Assembly (NCBI GenBank): GCA_951406725.2
Contig: OX597828.1
Location: 44,516,001 to 44,580,000 of the forward strand
Direction of reading: 5' to 3'
From: Octopus vulgaris
Taxonomy: Eukaryota
Length of the DNA stretch: 64,000 nt
A program made the position numbers and the translations under genes. The stretch's first letter is position 1; each line of letters begins with the position of its first letter. Positions 40,701-53,651 of this stretch are shown here, piece after piece. The notes beneath the pieces were generated by a model, which did not search any database, had not been told where the DNA came from, and saw nothing but the letters and a program-made list of their open reading frames with translations.

Positions 40701-43700
40701 GCTTTCAACGTGATATTGCCGTAAGCAAATCTTGAATCTTTGAGATAATCCATGATTAATCCAAAACAATGTGAACAAATAAGCATTACTTTTTTTGAAA
40801 GAATAATCTGAATGCTCAAGGGAGAAGATAACTTTAACCCTTTAGTATTTATACCGGCCATATCCGGCCAAAATAGTTAATCTGTTTTATGCTCAAACTG
40901 ACCAGATCCAGGCCCTCACACCTACCCTACAATGTTATTCTACATTAAGTAATTACACCATCAAGATCTTGAAGATATGAGATAATGCATGATTAATTCA
41001 AATCAATGGGAATCAATAAGCATTATGTTTGATAGAATAATCTGAACACTAAAGCTCTTTTCTTTTTCCTGAACAAATTTTGTCAATTGTTATTTTGCAT
41101 GCAAGAGGAGATAACTCCTTAAGAAGGAACAGATTCAAAGATTATTGAATTATGTAGTTGACAGTGGTACTGTGGCAGTAAATTTGGCCACACTTCTTCA
41201 TCCAGAAGGCCATTCGTTGGTTGTACAGGCAGTTGTTAACCAGTGTTATATTCAGTTATTGGTATTTTGATGATGCTTCCTTTATTCACTTATCCATTTC
41301 TTATTACTCTTTTACTTGTTTCAGTCATTTGACTGCGGCCATGCTGGAGCACCGCCTTTAGTCGATCGAGCAAATCGACCCCGGGGACTTATTCTTTGTA
41401 AGCCCAGTACTTATTCTATCGGTCTCTTTTTGCCGAACCGCTAAGTGACGGGGACGTAAACACACCAGCATCGGTTGTCAAGCAATGCTAGGGGGACAAA
41501 CACACACACATACACACATATATATAAACATATATACGACAGGCTTCTTTCAGTTTCCGTCTACCAAATCCACTCACAAGGCATTGGTCGGCCCGGGGCT
41601 ATAGCAGAAAACACTTGCCCAAGATGCCACACAGTGGGACTGAACCCGGAGCCATGTGGTTGGTTAGCAAGCTTCTTACCACACAGCCACTCCTGCGCCT
41701 ATTATTATTTTATTTTAATTTTTTTGACATTTATGCATGTTTTTATTTATTTATTCCTCAGATTCTCTCAACAAACATTGCTGAAACAAGTCTCACCATT
41801 AACGATGTTGTCTATGTAATTGACTCAGGGAAAATGAAAGAGGTTAGCATCCTTCTCCTCCTCCTTCTCCTTCTCTTCCTCCTTATCCTTCTCCTCCTCT
41901 TTGCTTGCTTGTTTTGTTTATATAACTTAATATTATTAATTGTGGGGCCTCATCGAGGCAAGGGACAAGGTGGTGGTTCTCCAAATGTTGGGTCTCACGG
42001 AGGCAATGACGAGTGATTAAGACCTTTGGCAGTTTGCTGTGCTTGCAAAGACTCATTGAGCCAAGTGAAATCTTCGCTGTGGCCGTTACTGGCGTCATGT
42101 AAACGGTACCTATGAAATCATTGTTGTGGCCATTGCTGGTGTCATACATTGGCACCTGTGCCAGTGGCACTTAAAAAGCACCCATTACACTCTTGCTGCG
42201 GTTGGCATTGAGAAGGGCATCCAGCCATAGAAACCATGCCAAATCAGACTGGAACCTGGCACAGCTCTCCAGCTTGCCACTTTCCATCAAACCATCTAAC
42301 CCATGCCAGCATGGACAGTGGACGTTAAATGACAATGATGATGATAATAACACATGTACCATATGATATGAAATGACGCACATTCATCGTCAACATATTG
42401 TCCTTCTACTTATCTTGTTGGCATGGATTTTACTGGAGCTTGTGCTGGTGGCATGTAAAAAATCCAATTCGAGCGTGGTCATTGCCAGTGCCGCTGGACT
42501 GGCTCCTGTGCAGGTGGCACATAAAAAGCACCATTTGAGCATGGCCGTTGCCAATACCGCCCGACTGGCCCTCGTGCTGGTGGCACGTAAAAGCACCCAC
42601 TACATTCTCGGAGTGGTTGGCATTAGGAAAGGCATCAGGCTGTAGAAACACTGCCAGATCAGATTGGAGCCTGGTGCAGCCATCTGGTTCGCCAGACCTC
42701 AGTCAAATTGTCCAACCCATGCTAGCATGGAAAGCGGACATTAAACAATGATGATGATGAAGATGATATAGCCTCCTACAGATCAGACAACCATTTCTTG
42801 CTTAAACAACTATTTTGATATGGTTTTGGTACAGCAGGATGTTCTTCCAAATGCCAACCCCTTTAATCTTGAAATGGCAGACTTCATGAGAGAACAGTGG
42901 ACGTCATCAATTGATGTTTTTCAAACTTTTACATAGATACAATTATAATTTTGGCACTTATTTAAAGTGAAAATAAGCATAAAATTTACTCATCAGAAAA
43001 AGAGAGTTTTTTTGTTTTTTTTTTATGTTTATGCATTTGTTTTGCAAGATTTTTAAACAACATCACAGTTTTCCAAAGTAAAGTTATGTTATGATGGTCA
43101 TTCTTAAGCAACATGTTGATTTTGTTTTTTGCCCCCTTGGCATGCACTCTCATGCAAACCTTCCACCATAACCACCAAAGTATACTGAGTGCATTTGTTT
43201 TTCTTTTTTTTTTTTTTTCATTCTACCAGCATTAGAGAGATTGTCAAGGCCCTTGGTAAAACTCAAGTATCTTTTCAACCCTGTATTGTCTTTGTTGGAT
43301 TTGTCCTTGCCATTCCCTCTCCTCCACTGTCGGAAAAAACAAAAGAGAATCTAATTTAAGCTTGTCTTTATTTTCCAGAAATCCTTTGATGCATTTTGTT
43401 CTGTGACCATGTTAAAAACTCATTGGGTTTCCAAAGCAAATGCTTTACAGAGAAAGGGCCGGTAGGTATCATCAATTTACCATTTTTATTTGTTCACGGT
43501 GTCTGCTTTCTGGTCTCTGTTGCTGAAGAAGAGATGAACACTCTGAAATGAATGCATCCAGCAGTCTGGTTAGGGTGTTCCGTGATCTGACTCAGTGTGC
43601 TCACCCCTATTTGTATACAGTGAGAAATTTTCTGTGTGACAAAACAGATTCAGATATGCCTCAAGTATATTTCAACTGGCAACAAATTTGTATTTGTTCA

Positions 43701-46700
43701 CATCACTGTTTGGTGTTGTCACCCCGTATTTTACTTACAGTGAGCTGCTGAATAGGGCAACTAGTCACTGAGCAGTACTGGGAATATCATAAGAGGGACC
43801 TGTCTCTCATCACTCTGCAGTATCTGTTGCTGAAGAGTAGATAACTGCTATGAAATGCATGCATCCAGCTTTTAGGGGAGGTTGTGGACCGATTCAGTGT
43901 ATTTACACCTATTTTTCTTCAACAAGAAATTCTCTTTATGACAAAATACAGTGACTGGCTTTCTTATATGGGTTCAAATACACCTGAAGCATATTTGAAC
44001 TGGTAACAAGTTTGTATTTTCATTTGTGTCCTCCGTCCTTTGTTTTATTCAGCATATGGATACGGTACTCTTATATCCATCTGCTTAAGAAGTTAGTTTC
44101 TCAACCAAGTAATTCTAGATTTGATTTCTATGTGTGGCATTTCCAGCAAGTGTCCCCCACTGTACTTTCCTCTTAGCCAATGCCTTGTGTTTGGAATTTG
44201 GTAAATGGAAACTCTGTGGGTACCTGTTGTGTGTGTATTCCTTTTGCTGCCGACTTGCCTGAGAATTCTCCTGGTTCTGTGGTACGAACTTCTTGTTTTC
44301 AAGAGTCTTTACTCACTCTTTACTCTTTTACTTGTTTCTGTCATTTGATTGTGGCCATGCTGGAGCACCGCCTTTAGTCGAGCAATTCGACCCCAGGACT
44401 TATTCTTTGTAAGCCCAGTACTTATTCTATCGGTCTCTTTTGCCGAACCACTAAGTGACGGGGACGTAAACACACCAGCATCGGTTGTCAAGCGATGTTG
44501 GGGGCACAAACACAGACACACAAACACGCATACACACATATATATATACATATATACGACAGGCTTCTTTCAGTTTCCGTCTACCAAATCCACTCACAAG
44601 GCATTGGTCGGTCCGTGGCTATAGTAGAAGACACTTGCCCAAGATGCCGCGCAGTGGGACTGAACCCGGAACCATGTGGTTGGTTAGCAAGCTACTTACC
44701 ACACAGCCACTCCTGTGCCTATCAAAATTCATGTTAATTTTGTTCCAAAACTCCAGTTTAATAACGACAAAGTATTTTTCTAGGTTTCTCATTATTTTCC
44801 AAATTAACTGAAATAAATGCAAAATATTTCAATAGAAATTTGGCTTCAAAACAGTGATCTGGACTGAAACCTTCCCTCAAGAATTCATGTCAATTTATGT
44901 TTCAAACACTAGTTTAATAATAGCAAAGTTTTGTATTAAATTCTTAATTATTTTCTAAATTAATTGAAGCAGAGACTGTATTTCAACTGAAATATAATAA
45001 AAATGCTTAAGTTAGTTTATTGAGTATTATTTTCTAAATTAATTGAAGCAGAGACTGTATTTCAACTGAAATATAATAAAAATGCTTAAGTTAGTTTATT
45101 GAGTTGTAGCCATTCCCGGCACCAGAGTAAAATAAGTATCAGAACTTATATGATCAACTAAAACCCTATTAGTTATCTTCTGTCATGTTAATCTTCAGGA
45201 CAACTGGTAGCCAACATTTGGGTTAGTATTCTCTCATCTAATAGTCATCATCTCTTGTGGAGGCGCAATGGCCCAGTGGTTAGGGCAGTGGACTCGCGGT
45301 CATAGGATCGCGGTTTCGATTCCCAGACCGGGCGTTGTGAGTGTTTATTGAGCGAAAACACCTAAAGCTCCACGAGGCTCCGGCAGGGGATGGTGGCGAT
45401 CCCTGCTGTACTCTTTCACCACAACTTTCTCTCACTCTTACTTCCTGTTTCTGTTGTACCTGTATTTCAAAGGGGCCGGCCTTGTCACTCTCTGTGTCAC
45501 GCTGAATATCCCCGAGAACTACGTTAAGGGTGCACGTGTCTGTGGAGTGCTCAGCCACTTACACGTTAATTTCATGAGCAGGCTGTTCCGTTGATTCGGA
45601 TCAACCGGAACCCTCGTCGTCGTAACCGACGGAGTGCTTCCACGCTTCCACTAGTCATCATCTCTCTCATTGTCTCTTTCAGTGCCGGACGAGTTCAACC
45701 AGGTGTTTGTTATCACCTGTTCAGCAGAATACGTCACGACAACCTGGAACAATACCAAGTCCCGGAACTGTTACGGCTACCCCTACACGTAAGTGGGATT
45801 TTGTTCAGCTGTGTAGTCCTTGTCATTGTTATCATCTCATTACTTATTGTCATCATCACCACAGCTGCCTTTTGAGCGTTGGACCTCATGGAGGCATAGT
45901 GGCCAAGCTCCTTTTGAGTGTTGGGCCTCATGGAGGCAATGACCAAGACCATTTTTTGGCATTATGTCACGGTTGAGAAAAAGACTCATCAAGCCGAGCA
46001 AAATCACAGACGTGGCAGAGACCGGTGTCACGCAAATGGTACCGATGCCAGTGGCACATAAAAGCACCCATTACGCTCTTGGAGTGGTTGGCATTAGGAA
46101 GAGCATTCAGCCATAGAAAACCATGCCAAATCAAACTGGAGCCTGGCGCAGCCCTCCAACATATTAGCCCAGTCAAACCATCCAACCCATGCCAGCATGG
46201 ACAATGGATGTTAAATGATGATGGTAATATATACACACACCACTCACACAGTCTTCACTGTTTTATCCTCATTTTATTCTTTATTTCAGGAACTGTGTTT
46301 GCAAACCAAAATGATAGCACCTTCAAACACATCCATTGCTGACTTTCTCTCCAATGCTATCCAAGCACCCAGTTTCCTTATCATCCGCAATGCTCTCCAG
46401 CTGTTGAAGGTAACTACTGTACTGCTAGCAATATTTCTCTAACAACAATTGAAACCATGCTAAATCTTGTCTTCTTTTTTACTTTTTTTTTTGTTTTTCT
46501 ATTTGCCCCAGGTATAACTTGATAATGAGATCTGTCGGGGTACTCCTACTCCTTTGTGGATCACAGCGTTCAATTATACTATATTAATTTATTGGGCACA
46601 TAAAAAGCACCATCCGATCGTGGCCGTTTGCCAGCCTCGTCTGGCACCTGTGCCGGTGGCACGTAAAAAACACCTGGACTACACTCACGGAGTGTTTGGC

Positions 46701-49700
46701 GTTAGCAAGGGCATCCAGCTGTAGAAACACTGCCAGATCAGACTGGGCCTGGTGCAGCCTTCTGGCTTCCCAGACCCCAGTTGAACCGTCCAACCCATGC
46801 CAGCATGGAAAGCAGACGTTAAATGATGATGATGATATCAAGGGTACAGGTATAGCTTTTTGGTCGACTGATTCACTTTGCGGCTCTCTCTCATGCATAA
46901 TCACTCCCACATTAGCAATCCTTGCAGAGTGAACAGGCAAACTGATTACACCGTTAATTAATATAGAGTAATGGGTAAATCTAGGCTATATCAGGCTACT
47001 GCTGGAGGGGACCGTTTAATGCCTATTGGTTTTTGCTCATATCACTGACTACTTGATGCTGATTAAGCTCTCCCTCAAAAGCACCATCCGATTGTGGCTG
47101 TTTGCCAGCCTCGTCTGGCACATAAAAAGCATCCACTACACTCATGGAGTGGTTGACGTTAGGAAGGGCATCCAGCCGTAGAAACATTGCCAGATCAGAC
47201 TGGCCCTGGTGCAGCCTTCTGGCTTCCCAGACCCCAGTTGAACCGTCCAACCCATGCCAGCATGGAAAGCGGACGCTACACGACGATGATGATGATGATG
47301 ATGATTGTTGTCCACTGAGCAACACGAAGCAAAGTGCTTCCTGGATCAGGAATTGAACCCCTGATTGAGAGCCCACCTACTTAATCCCTAGGCCATGCCC
47401 CCTCTCTATTGATTTACCCTTTTGTTATAAAATCTTTGTTTAAATACACTGTTTCAATTAATTTTGAAAATAATGAAGCGTTCAATATAATAACATCATT
47501 ATTGAACTGGCGTTTGGAACATAAGCTAATATGGAACTTTTGTTACTATATTTCTGTTGAGATGCTCTGTGTTCCTTCCAATTAATTTTAAATACAACAA
47601 AGAATTTAGTAAAATAACTTAGTAACCATTAAGCTAGTGTTAGGAACATAAATTGCGACTAAGGTTTGGTGGAAGATTTTAATTCAGAACTTTTGAAAAC
47701 AAACATTTGTACTACAGAGCCAGATGCAGTTTCAGCAAGAAGGGTTTATTGAAAGAAACATAGACTATTTCAACAGAGATATGGTAACAAAAGGGTTAAT
47801 GGTATTGTGAAAGGCCACGAGCTAGCAGAAGCGTTAGCACACCGGGCAAAATGCTTTGCAGTACTTCGTCTGCCGTTACGTTGTGAGTTCAAATTCCGCC
47901 GAGGTCGACTTTGCCTTTCATCCTTTCGGGGTCGATAAATTAAGTACCAGTTACGCACTGGGGTCGATGTAATCGACATAATACCTATGTCTGTCCTTGT
48001 TTGTCCCCTCTGTTTAGCCCCTTGTGGGTAATAAAGAAATAGGTATTGTGAAAGGCCTAGCTGGAGGCTTTAACCCTCTGAGTTCTTCTACAGGGCTTAG
48101 AAAAACTGAACGACTGCTGCAATAAGTTTGTAAATCTGAGAGGGAAATAATGTTGTATAAAATCACTATTAACTGATCCTCCTGTATTTTCTTTTACCCA
48201 AAGCCAGGACCTTTTCAGCACCCCCTCGTACACACATACACACATTTCATTATTGTCATTAAGTTCCGTTTTCCATACACATACAAACACACACACTCAT
48301 ATATATGTTTGTACATAATGGGCTTCTTTTAGTTTCCATTTACCAAATTCACTCACAAGTCTGTGGTTTGCCTTGGGCTATAGAACAAGATAGTTGCCCA
48401 AGTTGCTACACAATGACACAGAACTAAAAGACATACAGTTGCGGTTCGGCAAAAAGAGACCGATAGAATAAGTACTGGGCTTAGAAAAGAATAAGTCCCG
48501 GGGTCGAGTTGCTCGACTAAAGGCGGTGCTCCAGCATGGCCGCAGTCAAATGACTGAAACGAGTAAAAGAGTTGAGAAGCAGACCTCTTAACCCCCGCAG
48601 TAAATGTAAAAAAAAATAATTAATTAATTAATTTAATGAAAATATTTTTTTTAAAAAATGAAATCCCAGCTAGATTTCAGTTTTCTAAATTTGATTTCCT
48701 CTTCAGCAAATCGATGCCTTAGATCCTTGGGAAGATCTAACTGAATTGGGCCATCATTTGGCAGACTTCCCCATTGCTCCGTCTCTTGGTAAAATGGTAC
48801 TTTATTCTGTGGTCTTGAAATGTCTGGATCCAGTGTTGACCATTGTTTGTTCCCTTGCCAACAAAGATCCTTGTAAGTATAGCTTTTCTCCATTTCCGGT
48901 TGCTTTTTTGTTCTCTCTTCCCTCCTATTTTATTTTCCATATGTAAATTAGTGTTAAGGCAGTTTGCATCTGCCAAATCCCCTCACAAGGTGTTCAGCAC
49001 AAAGCTTCTATATAGTCCAAGATGTTGACCCTTAAGTGACACACAGTGGGACTGAACCCATAGGCTTGTGATTGGGAAGCAAGCTTTTCAACCACCGACA
49101 CACACGCACACACACACACACACAGATAGATAGGTAGATAAAAAGATGATAGACAGATATACAGTTTTTTTGTGTGTACCAGTTCCACTTAGAAGGCATT
49201 GGTCAGCTGAAGGTTATAGTAGAAGACATCTGTCCACTGTGTTGTATAACAGAAACATACTTGAAGCCATGTGTTTGTGGACAGGACTTCTTGACCACAC
49301 CCATTTTTGTGCCTCACTTTCAGTTTCGCTTTTCAACATTCCATATGTAAGTGTGAAAGTATATCTGTGTGTATTTAGATATTACTGTTTCTTTGTATTT
49401 AGAGTGGCTGTGTGGTAAGTAGCTTGTTAACCAACCACATGGTTCCGGGTTCATTCCCACTGCGTGGCATGTTGGGCAAGTGTCTTCTGCTATAGCCCCG
49501 GGCCGACCAATGCCTTGTGAGTGGATTTGGTAGACGGAAACTGAAAGAAGCCTGTCGTATATATGTATATATATATATATAAGTGTGTGTATATGTTTGT
49601 GTGTCTGTGTTTGTCCCCCTAGCATTGCTTGACAACCGATGCTGGTGTGTTTACGTCCCCGTCACTTAGCGGTTCGGCAAAAGAGACCGATAGAATAAGT

Positions 49701-51296
49701 ACTGGGCTTACAAAGAATAAGTCCCGGGGTCGATTTGCTCGACTAAAGGCGGTGCTCCAGCATGGCCACAGTCAAATGACTGAAACAAGTAAAAGAGTAA
49801 AAGAGTAAATATCTCTCTTCCATTTTGCGTGCCTCTATGTGTTTGTATATTTATTCCATTTCATTATTTTCTGTCTCTCTACATATATTCTACTCTGCCA
49901 CTGTTTGTATTGTAAACAATCTATTTGTATTTTTAAATAACCATTTGCGAATTTATCTTCCTCCCCACCTCTCTGTCTGACAAAAAGTGAGTATTTACCG
50001 TTTTGTACCTTTGATGTTTATAGTTTTAATTCCTGGTCAACCATCTCAAAGAAGAGCTGCCAATTTAGTTAGGAAGAAACTATCTGCCAACACATACAGT
50101 GAGCATATGATTCTACTCAGAGCCTTTCAGGTGAGTTACAGTGTTATTCATCAACCCTTCTTTACCTGTTTCTGGTTTATGATTGTGATGCATGACTAGG
50201 GGTGATATATATACAAGCAGCATCTTACCATCTTCTTATTAAAAGAAAAAAAAAAGCAACAGAAATTTGCTTTTGCATCTGGTTTGCAAGATTCTTGATG
50301 TGAATTTGTGTGTTGAAACAAATTTTAGGGAGAGTCATTATGCCAATGTTATTAACACACACACTGGTTCGGTTCCATTCCTTTATTATGACTCAATTGG
50401 TTAAATACCTATTTTCTTTACTACCCACAAGGGGCTAAACATAGAGAGGACAAGCAAGGACAGACATAGGTATTAAGTCGATTACATCAACCCCAGTGCA
50501 TAATTGGTACTTAATTTATTGACCCCAAAAGGATGAAAGGCAAAGTCGACCTCGGCGGAATTTGAACTCACAACGTAACGGCAGACGAAATACCGCTAAG
50601 CATTTCGCCCGGCGTGCTAACGTTTCTGCCAGCTTGCCGCTTTTTACATTGGTTAAATACCATCATCTTTGTCATTTAATGTCTGTTGTCCAGGCATGGG
50701 TTGGATGGTTTGACCAGAGTGTGCAAGCTGGAAGGCTATACCAGACTCTAGTCAGATTTGGCATGATTTCTACAGCTGGATTCCCTTCCTAATGCCAACC
50801 ACTCCAAGAGTGTAATGGGTGCCATGTGTGTGACACCAGTATCTGCCACGACTACAATTTCGCTTGGTGGGTCTTCTTTAGCATGACTTAATACCAAAGA
50901 TCTCGGTCATTTGTCAATGCCTCTGTGAAGCCCAACACTTGAAAGATACTTTTTATGTGCCTCTGTGAGGCCTAATGCCCAGAAGGCGCTTTTTACGTTC
51001 CACCAGCAGAGGTGCCATTTCTGTGACACCAGCCTTGGTCACAACTACGATTTCATTTGGCTTAATCAATTACTCTTTACTCTTTTACTTGTTTCAGTCA
51101 TTTGACTGTGGCCATGCTGGGGCACCGCCTTTAGTCAAGCAAATCGACCCCAGGACTTATTCTTTGTAAGCCTAGTACTTATTCTATTGGTCTCTTTTGC
51201 CAAACCGCAAATTTACGAGAATGTAATCATACCAGTAGCGGTTGTCAAGTGATGTTGGGGGGGACAAACACAGACACACAAACATATAAACGCACG

Positions 51297-51348
<52 letters not shown>

Positions 51349-52421
51349 GTTTAAATGTTTTGAACTTATAACCACCTATCTGCTTTGCTTTCCTTTTCTT
51401 TCTACATGCCACCCTAAAAACATCGCCATTCTCGCCCGTTTCTCTAAAGTTCAACCTTCGCATATTCCCTTTAATTCGATCTCCACCATTCACTATCATT
51501 TCTTCCCCTGGCTTACAGCGATGTCCATGAGCAGGCTAAGATTTCTCCCTTCTTTTTTCATACATACATACATACATTTGTCTACCGTTTAAATGTTTTG
51601 AACTTATAACCACCAATCTGCTTTGCTTTCCTTTTCTTTCTACATGCCACCCTAAAAACATCGCCATTCCCGCCCGTTTCTCTAAAGTTCAACCTTCGCA
51701 TATTCCCTTTAATTCGATCTCCACCATTCACTATCATTTCTTCCCCTGGCTTACAGCGATGTCCATGAGCAGGCTAAGATTTCTCCCTTCTTTTTCATAC
51801 ATACATACATACATTTGTCTACCGTTTAAATGTTTTGAACTTATAACCACCAATCTGCTTTGCTTTCCTTTTCTTTCTACATGCCACCCTAAAAACATCG
51901 CCATTCCCGCCCGTTTCTCTAAAGTTCAACCTTCGCATATTCCCGGTGCACCCGCCCTTGCCCACCCCCACCACCAATACCGGATATCTCTATATTTTTG
52001 TTCCATCTATACCGGATGTCGCTTCTCCCACCACCATTATAGGTGTCTACTCTTCGAACCCCCTCTTCAACACGCTATTTCACCATGCATTACCCTCTCT
52101 TGATATCCTACGTTCTACTTGCCTAGAACCTGTCATCATTTCTCTGAACCACCCCTCCCCACTGGTGCTCCCCTATATATTTCTGCATCCCCCCCCACAT
52201 AAAAAGCACCATCCGAACGTGGCCGATGCCAGACCCCTCTGGCACCTGTGCAGGTGGCACGTAAAAAACACCCACTACACTCGCGGAGTGGTTGGCGTTA
52301 GGAAGGGCATCCAGCTGTAGAAACACTGCCAGACAAGACTGGAGCCTGGGGCAGTCCCGAGCTCCCCAGACCCCGGTCGAAACCGTCCAACCCGTGCTAG
52401 CGCGGAAAACGGACGTTAAAC

Positions 52422-52454
<33 letters not shown>

Positions 52455-53602
52455 ACATATATACGACGGGCTTCTTTCAGTTTCCGTCTACCAAATCCAC
52501 TCACAAGGCTTTGGTCAGCCCGAGGCTATAGTAGAAAACACTTGCCCAAGGTGCCATACAGTGGGACTGAACCCGGAACCATGTGGTTGGTAAGCAAGCT
52601 ACTTACCACACAGCCACTCCTGCACCTTGTTTAATTTGCTTTTTTTTTTGTTGTTTAAACAATCGATTAATTAGTTGGATATTTAACCATTTAACTAATA
52701 ATAAAAGAATAGAACTGAACCGATGTGTGTATCTCTCTCTATATAAACGGCAGTTTGTCTGTGCGTGTTTCTGTGTGTCTGTTTGCTTGTACCCTCACCC
52801 TGACCACGGCTTTCAACCGATTCTGATGAAACTTGACACACACATAGCCCAATGTCATAATTCAAAACTAACACAGCGAAAATTTTGAAAACTTCCCCCA
52901 GTTCTGAAAAAAATTGATAAATTCGACATGGGGTCGAGAATCAGAAACACGAACCACAAACTGTCTAGGGGACGCAACTCCACCTTTTTTAAATCTCAAA
53001 AAAAAATTTACCATCATTTTTTTCCATTTTTTTGCTGTTTTTTGGCTATAACTCTCTAAAAATGATTTATAGTTATTTCCCTTACAAACCTGAGCAACGC
53101 CGGGCGATACTGCTAGTTAATTATAAAGGCATATTGTTTTTAGACACAGCATAAATTTGTTCCACGCTACCATCCTGAATACTGTGACCCAGCCTTTACA
53201 AACTCATTCAAGAACAAATTCCGTAATTGAGTGAAGGGAAATTTCATTTTGTTCAGAACATCATGATAATCACAAAGATATTAGCTCTTTATAAAACGTA
53301 AGATTGTTTCTTTTCTTTTCTTTTTTTTTTGCTTCTTTTTTTTTAAATGAGTCAGTGCTGCAGCTTCTACTTTTGTGGCTTGACTTTTAGAAATAACAGC
53401 CACATCTTGGGGAAATTGCTTTAGGCATTGGACTGCAGCCATGCTGTGGCACTGCCTTGAGCTTTAGTCTGATGAATCTACTCCAGTTCTTATATTTTTT
53501 TTTAAAGCCTGGTATTTATTCTGCCAATTTCTAATGCTGAACTGCTAATTGGGACATAAACAAACCAACAACAGTAGTCAGGTGGTGTTTAGAGACAAAC
53601 GA

Positions 53603-53651
<49 letters not shown>

